From Piromyces finnis finn (lineage: Eukaryota; Fungi; Neocallimastigomycota), in the NCBI GenBank assembly GCA_002104945.1, contig MCFH01000004.1:1116001-1180000 (forward strand): DNA of 64,000 nt. Direction: 5' to 3'. The notes beneath the pieces were generated by a model that made no database searches, was not told where the DNA came from, and was given only the letters and a program-made list of their open reading frames with translations. Each line of letters starts with the position of its first letter. Position 1 is the stretch's first letter. Below are positions 36,148 through 48,670 of the stretch, in pieces. Made by a program: the position numbers and the translations under genes.

Positions 36148-38382
36148 CAATGTTTAATATTCAATACTTTTATATAATATATTAATTATTAACTAACTCA
36201 TTCATTTATATATTACTATTTTATGGGGAAAATTAATTATTAGTATATTAGGATTACTATTGAAAATAATATCGTTTTTATTACAAATTTAGTAAATATA
36301 ATCACTCTTTTTTAATATATTTAATTATATATGAAAAAAAATATAAAAGTTAATATATTGTGAAATAAATTTTACTATATGAAATATTAATATATTATAA
36401 AATCTCTAATATATTATTTTTAATAGTTTATATTAATATATTTACTTTAATATTAAACTATTAACTTAATAATATAATAAAATATAATCTAATATATTTA
36501 TTTATATTATTTAATTAAATTACTTTATCCTTTCATTAATAAATAATATTAAACAATAAAAATATTATACTACCTTTTTTATAAAAAAAAGATAACGAAA
36601 AAAATAATAAATATAAAATATTATTAATATTTTATTATTTAAATCCTTTAAAGAATTTCATATTAAAAATAACAAGAATATTTATATAAAAATGAAAAGA
36701 AATTAAAGGTTTTACATTAGCAATATATATATAAACTATTATACTTTTTAAATATAAAATGTAATAATGCAATTTATAATATTATTTTATAATTCAAATA
36801 AATGAAATTTTTATGGTTTGTAAACTCCAAAAACATATATGATTGTAAAAAAAAATATGTATTTCTTTATCTACAAATAACCTATTAAATATAAATTTTG
36901 TAAACATAATGTAAACAATAAAAACATTTATGAGGATAACTTTCAAGATATATAACCTAATTCAATAATATTATTATTACCCATATTTGTATAAATTTTG
37001 TAGACAAAGTATATTTAATAATAAATAGTAAAATATATTGATAAATTTATTTTTTATAAATTGAAATTGTTTTAAAAAAGGATTTATTATTTACTTTTTC
37101 ATCCTTTTCATTTTGAATAATATTTATAATTAAATGTTACATCAACTTTCATAATTTACCCAAAACAATATGAGAAATTTATATTAGATAGCCTTTATGA
37201 AAATAAGCGCCCAGGTCTTATAGAGCAATATTATGAACTAAAATACTAAATTGTTTATCTTAATTTTAATAATAGTTAACAAAAAATATTCTAATAAATA
37301 GAATGACAATAATATATTTTTATTTCTTTTATATTTATGGTTTTTTTAATAATTGTGAATAAATGGTGGTGAATTGAGTAATATTAAATATATGAAATGA
37401 AATACCTATCCATTACTTCTTTACATAAATACTCTATTATTTTAATATAATTATTAGAATGTATGATAATTTTAGTATTTTAATCTACTTTTACTTCATT
37501 TTAAAAAAATTTTATATATAAATTAGGCAATCTTCTACACTATTAAAAAGTTGCAATGGTTACTGAAAAAAGTTTAACACAAAAAAACAAATATACAAAA
37601 TTACATAAAGAAAATTAGTATGAATATGTAAAAACATTAATTATTTCTAATGCTAATTGTAAATAAATAAATAATTTATTTTTTAAAGTTTTTTTGATCA
37701 ATCAAATTAATTGGTTAACTATAATTTCATTACACTTTATTGATTGGCTGTTATGATTGGCATCCATCCATATTTGGAACTGTCCTCCAAATAAATTATT
37801 TGGTAAATTATTGGAAATAATTTCTTAATTGAAATTATAATAAATAGAAATTAATAACCGCTAAATTTTTCGAATTATTTAACAGTTATTATTCACCCAT
37901 ATAATTTCACAACATTTATTTATAAAAAGGACTTTATTTTCTTTCTTAATATCTAACATTTAATAAATCAATAATAAAAGTATTAGGATTTTTAGTAATA
38001 TTTCTATTTTTATTAATAATAGCTAATTGAATATATATATATATAAAAAATTTCCGTATATCTGTATAAATATAAATAAAAATGCTTTTTTTTTTCTTAG
38101 ATTAAAATAGTGATAATAGTTTTTATATATATTAATAATTAATAATACAAATGTATATAATTAAAATAAAAAAAATTAAAAAAACTACTTTTTCTTTAGG
38201 ATTATGTATTAAAAAAATGTTATTAAAATTAAAAAAAAAATTATAATTTTTAAGTTTTTAATACTTTTAAATTTTACATATTTTATATATTTATTAATTA
38301 AATCATAAAATAAAAATAAAAGTGATAAATTCATTGGTAAATAATAAAATAAAAATTATTTTTTATCCTTTTATGCAGTTAT

Positions 38383-38644
38383 TATTCCTTAATCAATTTA
38401 AGTGTAAACATTAGGGGGCGGTTGACACGTGATCAAATTGACTATAAGAGGCTTAGCATTGTAGTTGTGAAATATCGTACAACGACATGCATCTAATGTA
38501 CATGGATTAAGTGAGCGTCGAAGCTGAAGAAACAGTATGACAGACCAGGAGGGTCACAACCACCTAGCAATAGGAATGAGCCAACGTTTCTCTAAGAACC
38601 ACCATTGGAGCTAACTCTGATCGATGGGAGAAATGCACTCGGAA

Positions 38645-38686
<42 letters not shown>
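38383..38686 (+). mobile_element. Short non-coding poly(A) retroelement (SINE-like or 5'-truncated LINE relative)
   Basis: GC-richer island ending GTT(A)39, with a 13-bp TSD TTTATGCAGTTAT at 38370-38382 and 38687-38699. It has 38/43 identity to LINE 56010-56052. Confidence 0.8.
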
Positions 38687-38689
<3 letters not shown>

Positions 38690-39364
38690 ATGCAGTTATG
38701 CAGCTAAAAAAAAAAGGATAATAAAATTTTTAAATAATCAATAATTTAATAAATAATATTTATTTTTTTATAGAAAATATTTTAAAACTTTATTTAAAGT
38801 TCGTAATAAAAAAAATAACCAAGATTTTTTTTTTATCATTATTATTAAAAAGTATCTTAAAATATAATTAAAAAAAAATATAGTTTATTAATGTAGAATT
38901 AACCAAAAATTTTAAAATCAAAATATATATTAAAATAAAAAAAAATGTATTTTTTTTTTAATTTAAAATGAAATATTTTAATATAAATTATGAATTATTA
39001 TTATTTAAAAACAAAACTCTAATATTATATAACTATATTTATATAATATATGTTGTTGTACAATTACTATAATTAAATTGTTTATTAAAATAACATTTTT
39101 ACATATCCAATAAAAAAAAAAATGAAATTATTGTTTAATATTACAATAATTTATAATTTAATGTTTGGTAGACCTTAAACATTCCATTCTATTTTAAGAT
39201 TAAATTAAATATTGAGATATTATATAATTTATTAGTAATAATAATAAAATTAAATTACATTTTTTTGAAGAATATTTAAACCAAATAAATTTCTATACTT
39301 TCTTACTCATTATAAAATATAAAATATTATATTTTAATAATTGAATTGTAAATATTATTTAAAA

Positions 39365-40774
39365 ATGAAATTCTTACAAGCTCTTCCAATTGTATTATCT
39401 TTAGCTACTTCAACTTTAGCTCAGAGTTTCTGTAGTTCAGCTAGTCACTCTGGTACTAGCGTTAAAGAAACTGCTAACAAAGTTGGAACAGTCGGTAGTG
39501 TTGGCTATGAAATGTGGGCTGATAGTGGTAATAACAGTGCTACATTCTATTCAGATGGTTCTTTTTCATGTACTTTCCAAAACGCTAAGGATTATTTATG
39601 TCGTTCTGGTCTTTCATTTGATAGTACTCAAAGTCATTCCCAAATTGGTCATATGTATGCTGATTTTAAACTTGTCAAACAAAATATCTCAAATGTAGAT
39701 TATTCTTATGTTGGTATATACGGTTGGACTAGAAATCCACTTGTAGAATATTATATTGTTGATAATTGGCTTAGTCAATACCGCCCAGGTGATTGGGTAG
39801 GTAATAAGAAACATGGTGATTTTACTATTGATGGTGCTGAATATACAGTATTCGAAAACACTCGTACTGGACCATCTATTGATGGTGATACCACATTCAA
39901 ACAATACTTCAGTATTCGTAAAACTGAACGTGACTGTGGTACTATTGATATATCAGCACATTTTGCTCAATGGGAAAAACTTGGTATGACCATGGGTAAA
40001 ATGCATGAAGCTAAAGTTTTAGGTGAAGCTGGTAGTAATGGAGCTGGTACCAGTGGTACAGCTGATTTCCCATATGCTAAGGTTTACATTGGTCAAGGTA
40101 ATGGAGGAAACGGAGGTAATGGAGGAAATGTAGTAGCTCCTCCAGCAAATGATACTCCAAATACAGATACCAATACTCCAGGATTTGACTTTGATAACAA
40201 CAACAACAACAACAACAATGGTTGGAACAACAACAACAACAATGGTTGGAACAACAACAACAACAATGGTTGGAACAACAACAACAACAATGGTTGGAAC
40301 AACAACAACAACAATGGTTGGAATAACAACAACAACAATGGTTGGAACAACAACAACAACAATGGTTGGAATAATAATAATAATAATGGTTGGAATAATA
40401 ACAATGGTTGGAACAACAACAACGGTTGGGATAATAACAACGGTTGGAACAACAACAACAACAACAATGGTTGGAACAACAATAATAACAACAATGGTTG
40501 GAATAATAACAACAACGGCTGGGATAATAACAATGGTTGGAATAATAATAATAATAATGGTTGGAATAATAACAACAACGGTTGGAACAATAACAACGGT
40601 TGGAATAATGCTGCCTCAAATAATGCAGCTTCTAATAATGCAGCTGCAGGTAACAATGGTAATTGTTCATCACTTTGGGCTCAATGTGGTGGTCAAGGAT
40701 TCAATGGACCCTCATGTTGTAAAGAAGGTGCTTGTGTTGTCATTAACGAATACTTCTCTCAATGTCAACAATAA
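39365..40774 (+). CDS. Secreted GH11 endo-1,4-beta-xylanase + (N)nGW linker + CBM1, intronless
   Basis: Signal peptide MKFLQALPIVLSLATSTLA, catalytic Glu motifs PLVEYYIVD and AKVLGEAG, and C-terminal [35 protein letters not shown]. Confidence 0.95.
   Translation: MKFLQALPIVLSLATSTLAQSFCSSASHSGTSVKETANKVGTVGSVGYEMWADSGNNSATFYSDGSFSCTFQNAKDYLCRSGLSFDSTQSHSQIGHMYADFKLVKQNISNVDYSYVGIYGWTRNPLVEYYIVDNWLSQYRPGDWVGNKKHGDFTIDGAEYTVFENTRTGPSIDGDTTFKQYFSIRKTERDCGTIDISAHFAQWEKLGMTMGKMHEAKVLGEAGSNGAGTSGTADFPYAKVYIGQGNGGNGGNGGNVVAPPANDTPNTDTNTPGFDFDNNNNNNNNGWNNNNNNGWNNNNNNGWNNNNNNGWNNNNNNGWNNNNNNGWNNNNNNGWNNNNNNGWNNNNGWNNNNGWDNNNGWNNNNNNNGWNNNNNNNGWNNNNNGWDNNNGWNNNNNNGWNNNNNGWNNNNGWNNAASNNAASNNAAAGNNGNCSSLWAQCGGQGFNGPSCCKEGACVVINEYFSQCQQ
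40195..40608 (+). repeat. 18 x (N4-8 or DN3)GW coding repeat in the GH11 linker
   Basis: Counted from the DNA: AAC/AAT runs punctuated by GGT/GGC TGG. Confidence 0.95.
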
Positions 40775-43700
40775 AAACTTAAAAAAGAATTATTCAATTA
40801 TGAGAAAATAAATTTATAAATATTTAAAAAAGAAAATATTTAATCAGCAATATATATTAATTATTTATATTTATATAATATATTATTATAATTAATACTA
40901 AATAATGGATAATACTCATTCAATTATTTGGTATATAATCTAAAAACTTATTTATTAATATTGATAATTTAATCCTAAAAACTAATTATATTAATAATAT
41001 AATCTACAAAAAATATCAAATATTATTTATATTAATAATGTAATAATTTTATTATTTATTAAATAAAAATTTCTTAAAATTGATATAAAAAAAAAAAATA
41101 AATGTGACTTGAACATATTATTATATTAATAATTTTTCCTAATATTAAATTTATATAGTTTTATTATAATATTAATTGTTCCTACATTGTACAAGAATAT
41201 AATGTAAATGCATGACAAATGTAATATCATGTAATGTAAAAGAATAATGTAAATGAATGATCCATATAGTTCCAGCCTTATAATAATTTAGTTATTAAGT
41301 AAGCCTCATTAGTATAAATAGACTAGAATAAAATTGTTTAAAAAGGGCTTCTTGTTTTAGTTGGAATTTTCAATATTTGACAACGACAGAACGTTTTAGT
41401 ATTTAGAATAGAAATATTGGAACGCAATAAATAAAGTTATTAATAAAACATTTATTATTTAAAATTTAATTCTTTCTACATAAAATTAACCCGTATCAAA
41501 ATATAATATTATTTAATGAATTTAAATATTATAAATAAGGGTTTATTATATAAATGAAAATTTATATAATATTATAATAGTAATATTGTTTTGCTTCTTA
41601 TAAAATTTAAAAATGTGTCTAAATGTTAATAGTAGTTATATAATATTAGCTTCTTCTATTAGTTTTATTAATTGATACACAATATAAACAATTTAATCAT
41701 ATATATTTTATTTATTAGGTATATTACTCAACACATTTATTTACATGTTAATGATTTTTAATTTATTAGTATAATATATTTTAAGTACAATATAGTAAAT
41801 AATTATACTTATTTTATTCATATTACCCTTTTAATTAAGCATATTAAATAAAAATAATATGAAGGTAATAAATATTATTAAAACATATAATAAATATATT
41901 GATTAAAATTGGGTTACAATATACAATTTAAGTAATTTGTTATATTATATAGTAAATTATTTTTTTTTTTTTAAAGAAATATCTTTTATTTAAAAAATAA
42001 TAACAAATAATAATAAAACATTTCTATATGCCAATTTATGAAATTTAATAATTAAAAAATGTGTAATGTTAATATTAAAAATATATCAAATTATTTTTAT
42101 TATAAAATTATTATTCTTTCAATTGTATTATTCTTAATAATATAAATTAGATTTAAAGCAAAATATAAAACTCTTTAAATCTAATAAAAAAATTAATTTT
42201 TATTATAAAGAATTTTAAGATAGTAAAGATAATAAATAATAATTATCTTATTTCTTAGTAGCAATAAAAGTAATCCTCATTAAAAAATAAAAAATATAAT
42301 TAATTAGAGTTTATAGGTTACATTTTATGTAAAAAAAAAATATTTATTTAATATAACATAAGAATAAAAATGTTTTTAATATAAATTTCAATGTCAAAAG
42401 TTAGTATGTATATACAACAATACAATAGTAATTTATTATAAATTAAGTGTTAATGAAAGTCAACAATAGTAATGATAATTACAATAATTATTTTGTAGGA
42501 GAAAAAATCTACATTTTTATAAATGATATTTTAAATTAGTATTAAATAAATAACATATAAAGATTCATTATTGTTTTAATAATTCATTTTAATAAGTAAT
42601 AAATTAAACATATATGACTCAATATTTTTAATATAACTAAAATTAAATAAAACTTTGTTTCAATGGGAAACTAATTATTAAAACTCATTAAATTTACTAT
42701 CATAATAATAATATGAGATTTATTAAAAAAAATAATGGAAATAATAATCATATATATATGAGTGTTAGATTTTCAAATTTTTATTTTTTATAATATTTAA
42801 ATTTTTTTTTTTAACATACTAGAAGTAAATAGCTAAAAAAAAATATTTTTTTTAATAATGAATAAAATTTATAATAGAAAAATTTAAATTATAAAATTTA
42901 AATGTATTTTTATAAGTTTTTTTCCAAGATTTAAAAAAAACATTTATTTAATTAAATAAATACTGAATAAATTAAAAACATTTTTTATTAAAATAAAAAT
43001 AGCTGAAAATCCCTATTGTTATTATTTTAAAAAAAAAAAAATTATTAATCAATATATTAAATTATCACTATTATCACTGTATATAATTATAAATCTATTA
43101 ATTATTTTTTGTATATATCGATCAGTTATTGTTATGAGTAACACATATGATTATTTTTTTAATTAATATCTTAAAGAAAAAGATGGAAATTGTTGACCAT
43201 ACCGTCTTTCAAGTATATATTTCTTTTTATCCAACTTATTAAATAAATGATTATATTATTTATTCAAATATTGTTAATGAAATATTAAAGCATATTAAAA
43301 ATATATTAAAAATGGAAATATGAATAATATCTTAAATAAATAAAAATATTAAATATTAATATTTAATATACATTAAATACAGTAATAATAATAACGGAAA
43401 AAAAAATATAATATCTCCTATTTATAATTTATATGGTAAATTGAGTTATATGATCCTTCATAGTATAATATATCTTTTAGAATTTATTGCCTTTCGTAGT
43501 ATTTTATATTAAACTTTAAACCTAATAAACTATTTTTTAATCTCTTTAAATAAAAGAATAATGATATGACTAATAAGCTTATTGTAATTTATTGCACATT
43601 TTAATTAAATAAGTATAAGTTTAATAATAAATACAAACAATAATAGATAATAATTTTTAGCAATAAAAAATATAAAAAGAAATGAATTTCCTAAAGTCTT

Positions 43701-43841
43701 TATAATCCATTAATTATTTTAATATTAAAAAATAATTAAAAGAAATTTGTTATCACTACTTTTTTTCACTGGTTGAAAAAAAATTATTATTATTGTAATA
43801 TATTAAACTTATAGAATAAGCAAAAAAAAAAGAAAAGAAAA

Positions 43842-44786
43842 ATGAAATTCACAAAAGTTGTTTCTGTTGTTTTATCTTTAGCTTCTACTACTCTTGCTCA
43901 AAGTTTTTGCAGTTCTGCTAGACACTCTGGTACTAGTGTTAGAGAAACAAGTAACAAGGTTGGTTCAATTGGTGGAATTGGTTACGAATTATGGGCTGAT
44001 AGTGGTAATAATAGTGCCACTTTCTACTCTGATGGTTCTTTCTCTTGTTCCTTCCAAAATGCTAAGGATTATTTATGTCGTTCAGGTCTTTCCTTTGACA
44101 GCACAAAGACTCATTCACAAATTGGTCACTTATATGCTGATTTCAAGCTTGTTAAACAAAATATCTCTAATGTCGACTACTCCTTCGTTGGTATCTATGG
44201 TTGGAGTAGAAGTCCTTTAGTTGAATTCTACGTTGTTGATAACTGGCTTAGTCCATATCGTCCAGGTGATTGGGTTGGTAATGTTAAGAAGGGTGATTAC
44301 ACTATTGATGGCGCAGTTTACACTGTTTATCAAAATACTCGTACTGGTCCATCTATTGATGGTAATACTACATTCAAGCAATACTTTAGTGTTCGTAAGA
44401 ATGCCCGTGATTGTGGTACTATTGATATCACTGCTCACTTCCAACAATGGGAAAAACTTGGAATGACCTTAGGTAAATTACATGAAGCTAAAGTATTAGG
44501 AGAAGCTGGTAGTAATGGATCTGGTACCAGTGGTACAGCTGATTTCCCATATGCTAAAGTTTACATTGGAAATGGTGGTAATAACAACAATAATAACAAT
44601 AATAATAACAACAACAACAACAATTGGAATAATAATAATAATAATAATAATAACGGAGGATCTTCTGCAACAGGAAACTGTGCTCCAAGATGGGCCCAAT
44701 GTGGTGGTAATGGTTTTAATGGAGCTAAATGTTGTCAACAAGGCACTTGTGTTAGAATGAATGAATGGTATTCTCAATGTCAATAA
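43842..44786 (+). CDS. Second secreted GH11 xylanase + short poly-Asn linker + CBM1 (tandem paralog)
   Basis: PLVEFYVVD and AKVLGEAG motifs, nearly collinear with the first GH11. CBM1 is CAPRWAQCGG...YSQCQ. Confidence 0.95.
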   Translation: MKFTKVVSVVLSLASTTLAQSFCSSARHSGTSVRETSNKVGSIGGIGYELWADSGNNSATFYSDGSFSCSFQNAKDYLCRSGLSFDSTKTHSQIGHLYADFKLVKQNISNVDYSFVGIYGWSRSPLVEFYVVDNWLSPYRPGDWVGNVKKGDYTIDGAVYTVYQNTRTGPSIDGNTTFKQYFSVRKNARDCGTIDITAHFQQWEKLGMTLGKLHEAKVLGEAGSNGSGTSGTADFPYAKVYIGNGGNNNNNNNNNNNNNNNWNNNNNNNNNGGSSATGNCAPRWAQCGGNGFNGAKCCQQGTCVRMNEWYSQCQ

Positions 44787-46240
44787 ATTCTAAATAAATA
44801 GAATTATACTGATATTAAAGTTTTAAGTTTTATATTATAAAATTAATAAAAAGAATAGCTACTTTTTTTTATTTCTATATATAAAATTAGTACTATTGTA
44901 ATTTTATATATAATTCTTTTATTCATTATTATGTATTATATTTCCTTTAATATTCTAAAAATTAATAAAAACTACAAATATTTTATTAAAATATAGTATA
45001 TTTTAATATCAATAACTAGGAGAATAAATAAATAAAATAAAAAATATAATAAAAAGGTGTAAAGATTTAAAAATATAAAATAATAATAAATAAATAAATA
45101 AAAATATCATTGATTAAAATGAAAATTATTATATATCTTCCATCATTTTAAAATTTCAAATTGAATACTTTAAAGATTTTTATATTTTAATTTGATGAAT
45201 TAGTAATTGTCCTGGATTTTTGGCGATTTTAGTTAGAATTTTTGGCCAGAAGAAATTCGACCTCTTATTATAATAAAGTTAACTTTTTTTAGTAATTTTC
45301 TTATATTTTTGTAGGAAAAAAACAAAAAAAAAAAAAAAAAAAAAAAAAGATGATATTTAAATATCAAACTTTATGGAACATGATATGACTCATTTAATAT
45401 ATATTTATTAAGTACTATAAAAAATTGTTTTTTTTTATTATTATTAAATAAAAAGCAATATTTAAATTATATTCAAATTATTTATTTTTTATTTTATAAT
45501 TATTGGCCTTTTATTTTATATGTAGTATATTTTCCATAGAATATTTCAATAATTAAAAAATTAGAAATCACTATATTTTCAATTGCTTAATAAATTATTT
45601 CTATTTACCATATAAATATTTTTAATTTAAATGATATCTATTAAAGTTCATTAATATAATAGAAATTAATATATATCTTTGATTTCATTGGTTTAAAATG
45701 ATTTCATTTTTTGGGATGTTTTTTTTTTTTTTTTTTTAAAAAAAAAACTTTAAATAATAATTTATTTCATTCTTTTAGTATTAGTTTTTTAGGGATACAA
45801 ATAGCTTTTACTGTATAAATTAAATAGAAATATTATTTTATAATTATTTATATTGCCATTTTTATTAATATTTATGTAATCTTTATTTTAATCTTTAAAT
45901 AAAAAAAAATTTTATAAAACAAGCGGAACTATATATAGAAAATTTTATTTTTAAAAGCATTTTAAAAAATGAATATAAATTATGTTATTAATAATTATAA
46001 TGTAACAATTCACATTAAATAGTTAAAAGATTATATAAGAGTTATGTATTTAATGTAGTTATACTCAGTATATAATTATCAAATTAACATATAGTAATCC
46101 TATTATTACTATGTCTTTATAATTTTTAATTTTTTAATTGTTAATATGTTTATGTTTAAATTATTACAAATAATTATTGCATGACTAATAACAAGATGAA
46201 AAAAAATATTGTTTTTAAAAAAAATTAATATATGATTGGG

Positions 46241-46312
46241 TTGGTAATGGTAAGAAGAGTTAAATGTTGTCAACAAGGCACGTGTGTTAGAATGGATGAA
46301 TGGTATTCTCAA
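46241..46312 (+). pseudogene. Degenerate CBM1-coding remnant copied from the GH11 at 43842
   Basis: TAAATGTTGTCAACAAGGCAC.TGTGTTAGAATG.ATGAATGGTATTCTCAA matches about 44726-44777, with no upstream ORF. Confidence 0.8.
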
Positions 46313-47590
46313 ATTCTCAATTCTCAATATCATTAGACTTCATGTTAGGAATCTAAAAGATTCCTAGTCAATTCGAGATTTTCTAAATCTCTAAATCTTG
46401 ACTTCACCTATTGAATTTTGCCTTTGAAATCTCTAATTTTTAAAAATTCTTGCTTGAGTTTCTGCATGAGGTCAATTTTCTTCTGGCTAAAAATTCTTGC
46501 TAAATTCTTCCAAAATCTAGAATATATACTAATTCATCGTGTTAGTCAATGGTATTCTCAAGTTCTCAATTCTTAATATCATTAAACTTAATTAAAGTAC
46601 TAAATTTTTTAATATACATAATTTTTAGATAATCTTCATTAATTAAAAAATAAACACAAAATAAATAAATTAATAAATAGAAAAGAGCTCTACAGTTTTT
46701 ATTTTCTTCAAATAAATTTTCTATTAAACATAACAAATACTATTACTTATATATTTTTTGAATGGTTTTGTCTTTTTGTTATGATCTTTTAATAAATATT
46801 ATTATTTTTTTTATTTTTATAAAGATGTGAATTATATATATAATAATAAGATAATATATGTATGTATGTATGTATGTATGTATATATTAAAAAAAAAAAA
46901 GAGGGATTAAATATTGTATAATAATAGTTTGATTTTATAAAATGGGCATTATTATTATTTTTTTTTTTTTTTTTGGTGTTAAGAAAAAAGCGGTTCAATG
47001 AGTAGTTTATTTGATAAGTTTAGTAATATTAAGAATGTATACTGATATGGCAAAAGAATATTTTAAGATGTTATTTACACAAATTGTTAATAATTTAATA
47101 AATGAAATCATTAAGAATTCATGGAGAAATTTAGTGAGCTATCAAATTATTATTATTACACCTAACAATTAGTTTTTTTTTTATTACATTTCATTTACTT
47201 TATAAGAATATACTCTTTACAAAATATATTATATGGTTAAACAACTTTTTTTTTTTGGTGCGTATTTGTATAAATTTGTAACTAAAACCATAACTAAGGT
47301 TATTAATTAATAATAGTTAATGTTCATAAAAGTTGTAAAGTAAAAAGTAAAAAGATGAATATTGAAAAAAAAAAAACTGTAGGAGAGTCAAAGCAACCAA
47401 TGACTCTTATACATTTGATCTTTAATTTTTAGTACGCATAGTATAATAATACATATGTAATAATAATTCAATAAAAATACAGATATTGTATATAAAAATA
47501 TATAATGAAAAAAATATAAATAAGTTATAAATTAATACTAATAAATATATAAAACAAGTATTTACCTTTTTGTACAATTTTTAATTTTAA

Positions 47591-47596
<6 letters not shown>

Positions 47597-47624
<28 letters not shown>

Positions 47625-47697
47625 TTCGTTCATTCATTCATTTATGTATTATTTATTTATTTATTCGTTCATTTATTTATTTGTTTATTTGTTTATT
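47597..47697. repeat. (TTTA/TTCA)n degenerate microsatellite
   Basis: Tandem array. Confidence 0.85.
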
Positions 47698-48670
47698 GAA
47701 ACTATCACTAATAATAAAATAGTAAATATATAATTAATATAATACTAAATTGACCAATATTTAAGATTAATAATATAATTAAATAAATTTATATAATTAA
47801 AAAAGACATATTGAATAAATAATAATAGAAGTATATAAAAATTTTAAATATTACTGAAATATAATTCTCATTTTCTATTTCATTTTTTCGAAATATGAAA
47901 CAATTTTTAATACTAATATTTTCATTATTTTCCTTAAAAAAAAAAAAAAAATCCATAAACTTTCCATTTAATATTATTTCATCCTATCAAATTCTATGAT
48001 AAATTTTTTAAAGCATTTTTTATAATATTTTAATAAATTAAATAATGTTTTACCAGATTTTTATTAGTTAAAAATAGTGATAAAAAAATATATAAATATA
48101 TAAAAAGTTTCATTAAAATTTAAATTTACCATGCATTAACCAATATTTATCCTTTTTTTCATATTATTCAATAAAAACTTACAAAATAAAAAGTTTAAAA
48201 AATATTATAAAAATGAAATTATATTTAAATTATTCAATATTTTTATTATAATTTAAACTTTTTAATTAACATAATTATATATATTAAAATTATATTTTAT
48301 AAAACGGCTAATTGATATACTAATAATATAGAAATGATCTACAAAAAAATAAATTATTTAATATAGAATAATTTTAAATATTATATAATTTATTATATAT
48401 ATTATTTTTAACCAAAATTTTATATAAAATTAATATATTGCTTTAAATAGTATTAATATAAGTTTAATGTTACACTAATCACAATAAAACTAATAATAAC
48501 GGTAATTTCATATATATATAAGCATGTAAAAATCTTTTTTTTTTTATTTATTTATTATAAAAAAATATAATTGTAAAATAGTTTTTAATATTTGTAAATT
48601 TATATAATTGTTATTAATTCTTTTTTTAATTGTATAAAGTATTTTAAATTTATAACATAAAATAATTAAA

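Noticed and set aside
38411-38420. AGGGGGCGG resembling the 3' end of a twister ribozyme
   Set aside because: No upstream complementary P1 strand, UAA cleavage loop or L4 motif.
38522-38546. CTGAAGAAAC / AGAAACA / TGACAG resembling hammerhead or hairpin ribozyme cores
   Set aside because: There is no room for hammerhead stem II and no GUH partner. Hairpin-ribozyme loop A/B strands are missing or in the wrong order.
48306-48311. GGCTAA (XlnR-like site) upstream of GH10, and TAATAATAACGG shared upstream of two xylanases
   Set aside because: These short motifs are expected by chance in AT-rich DNA and are not found consistently before all three genes. XlnR is an ascomycete regulator.
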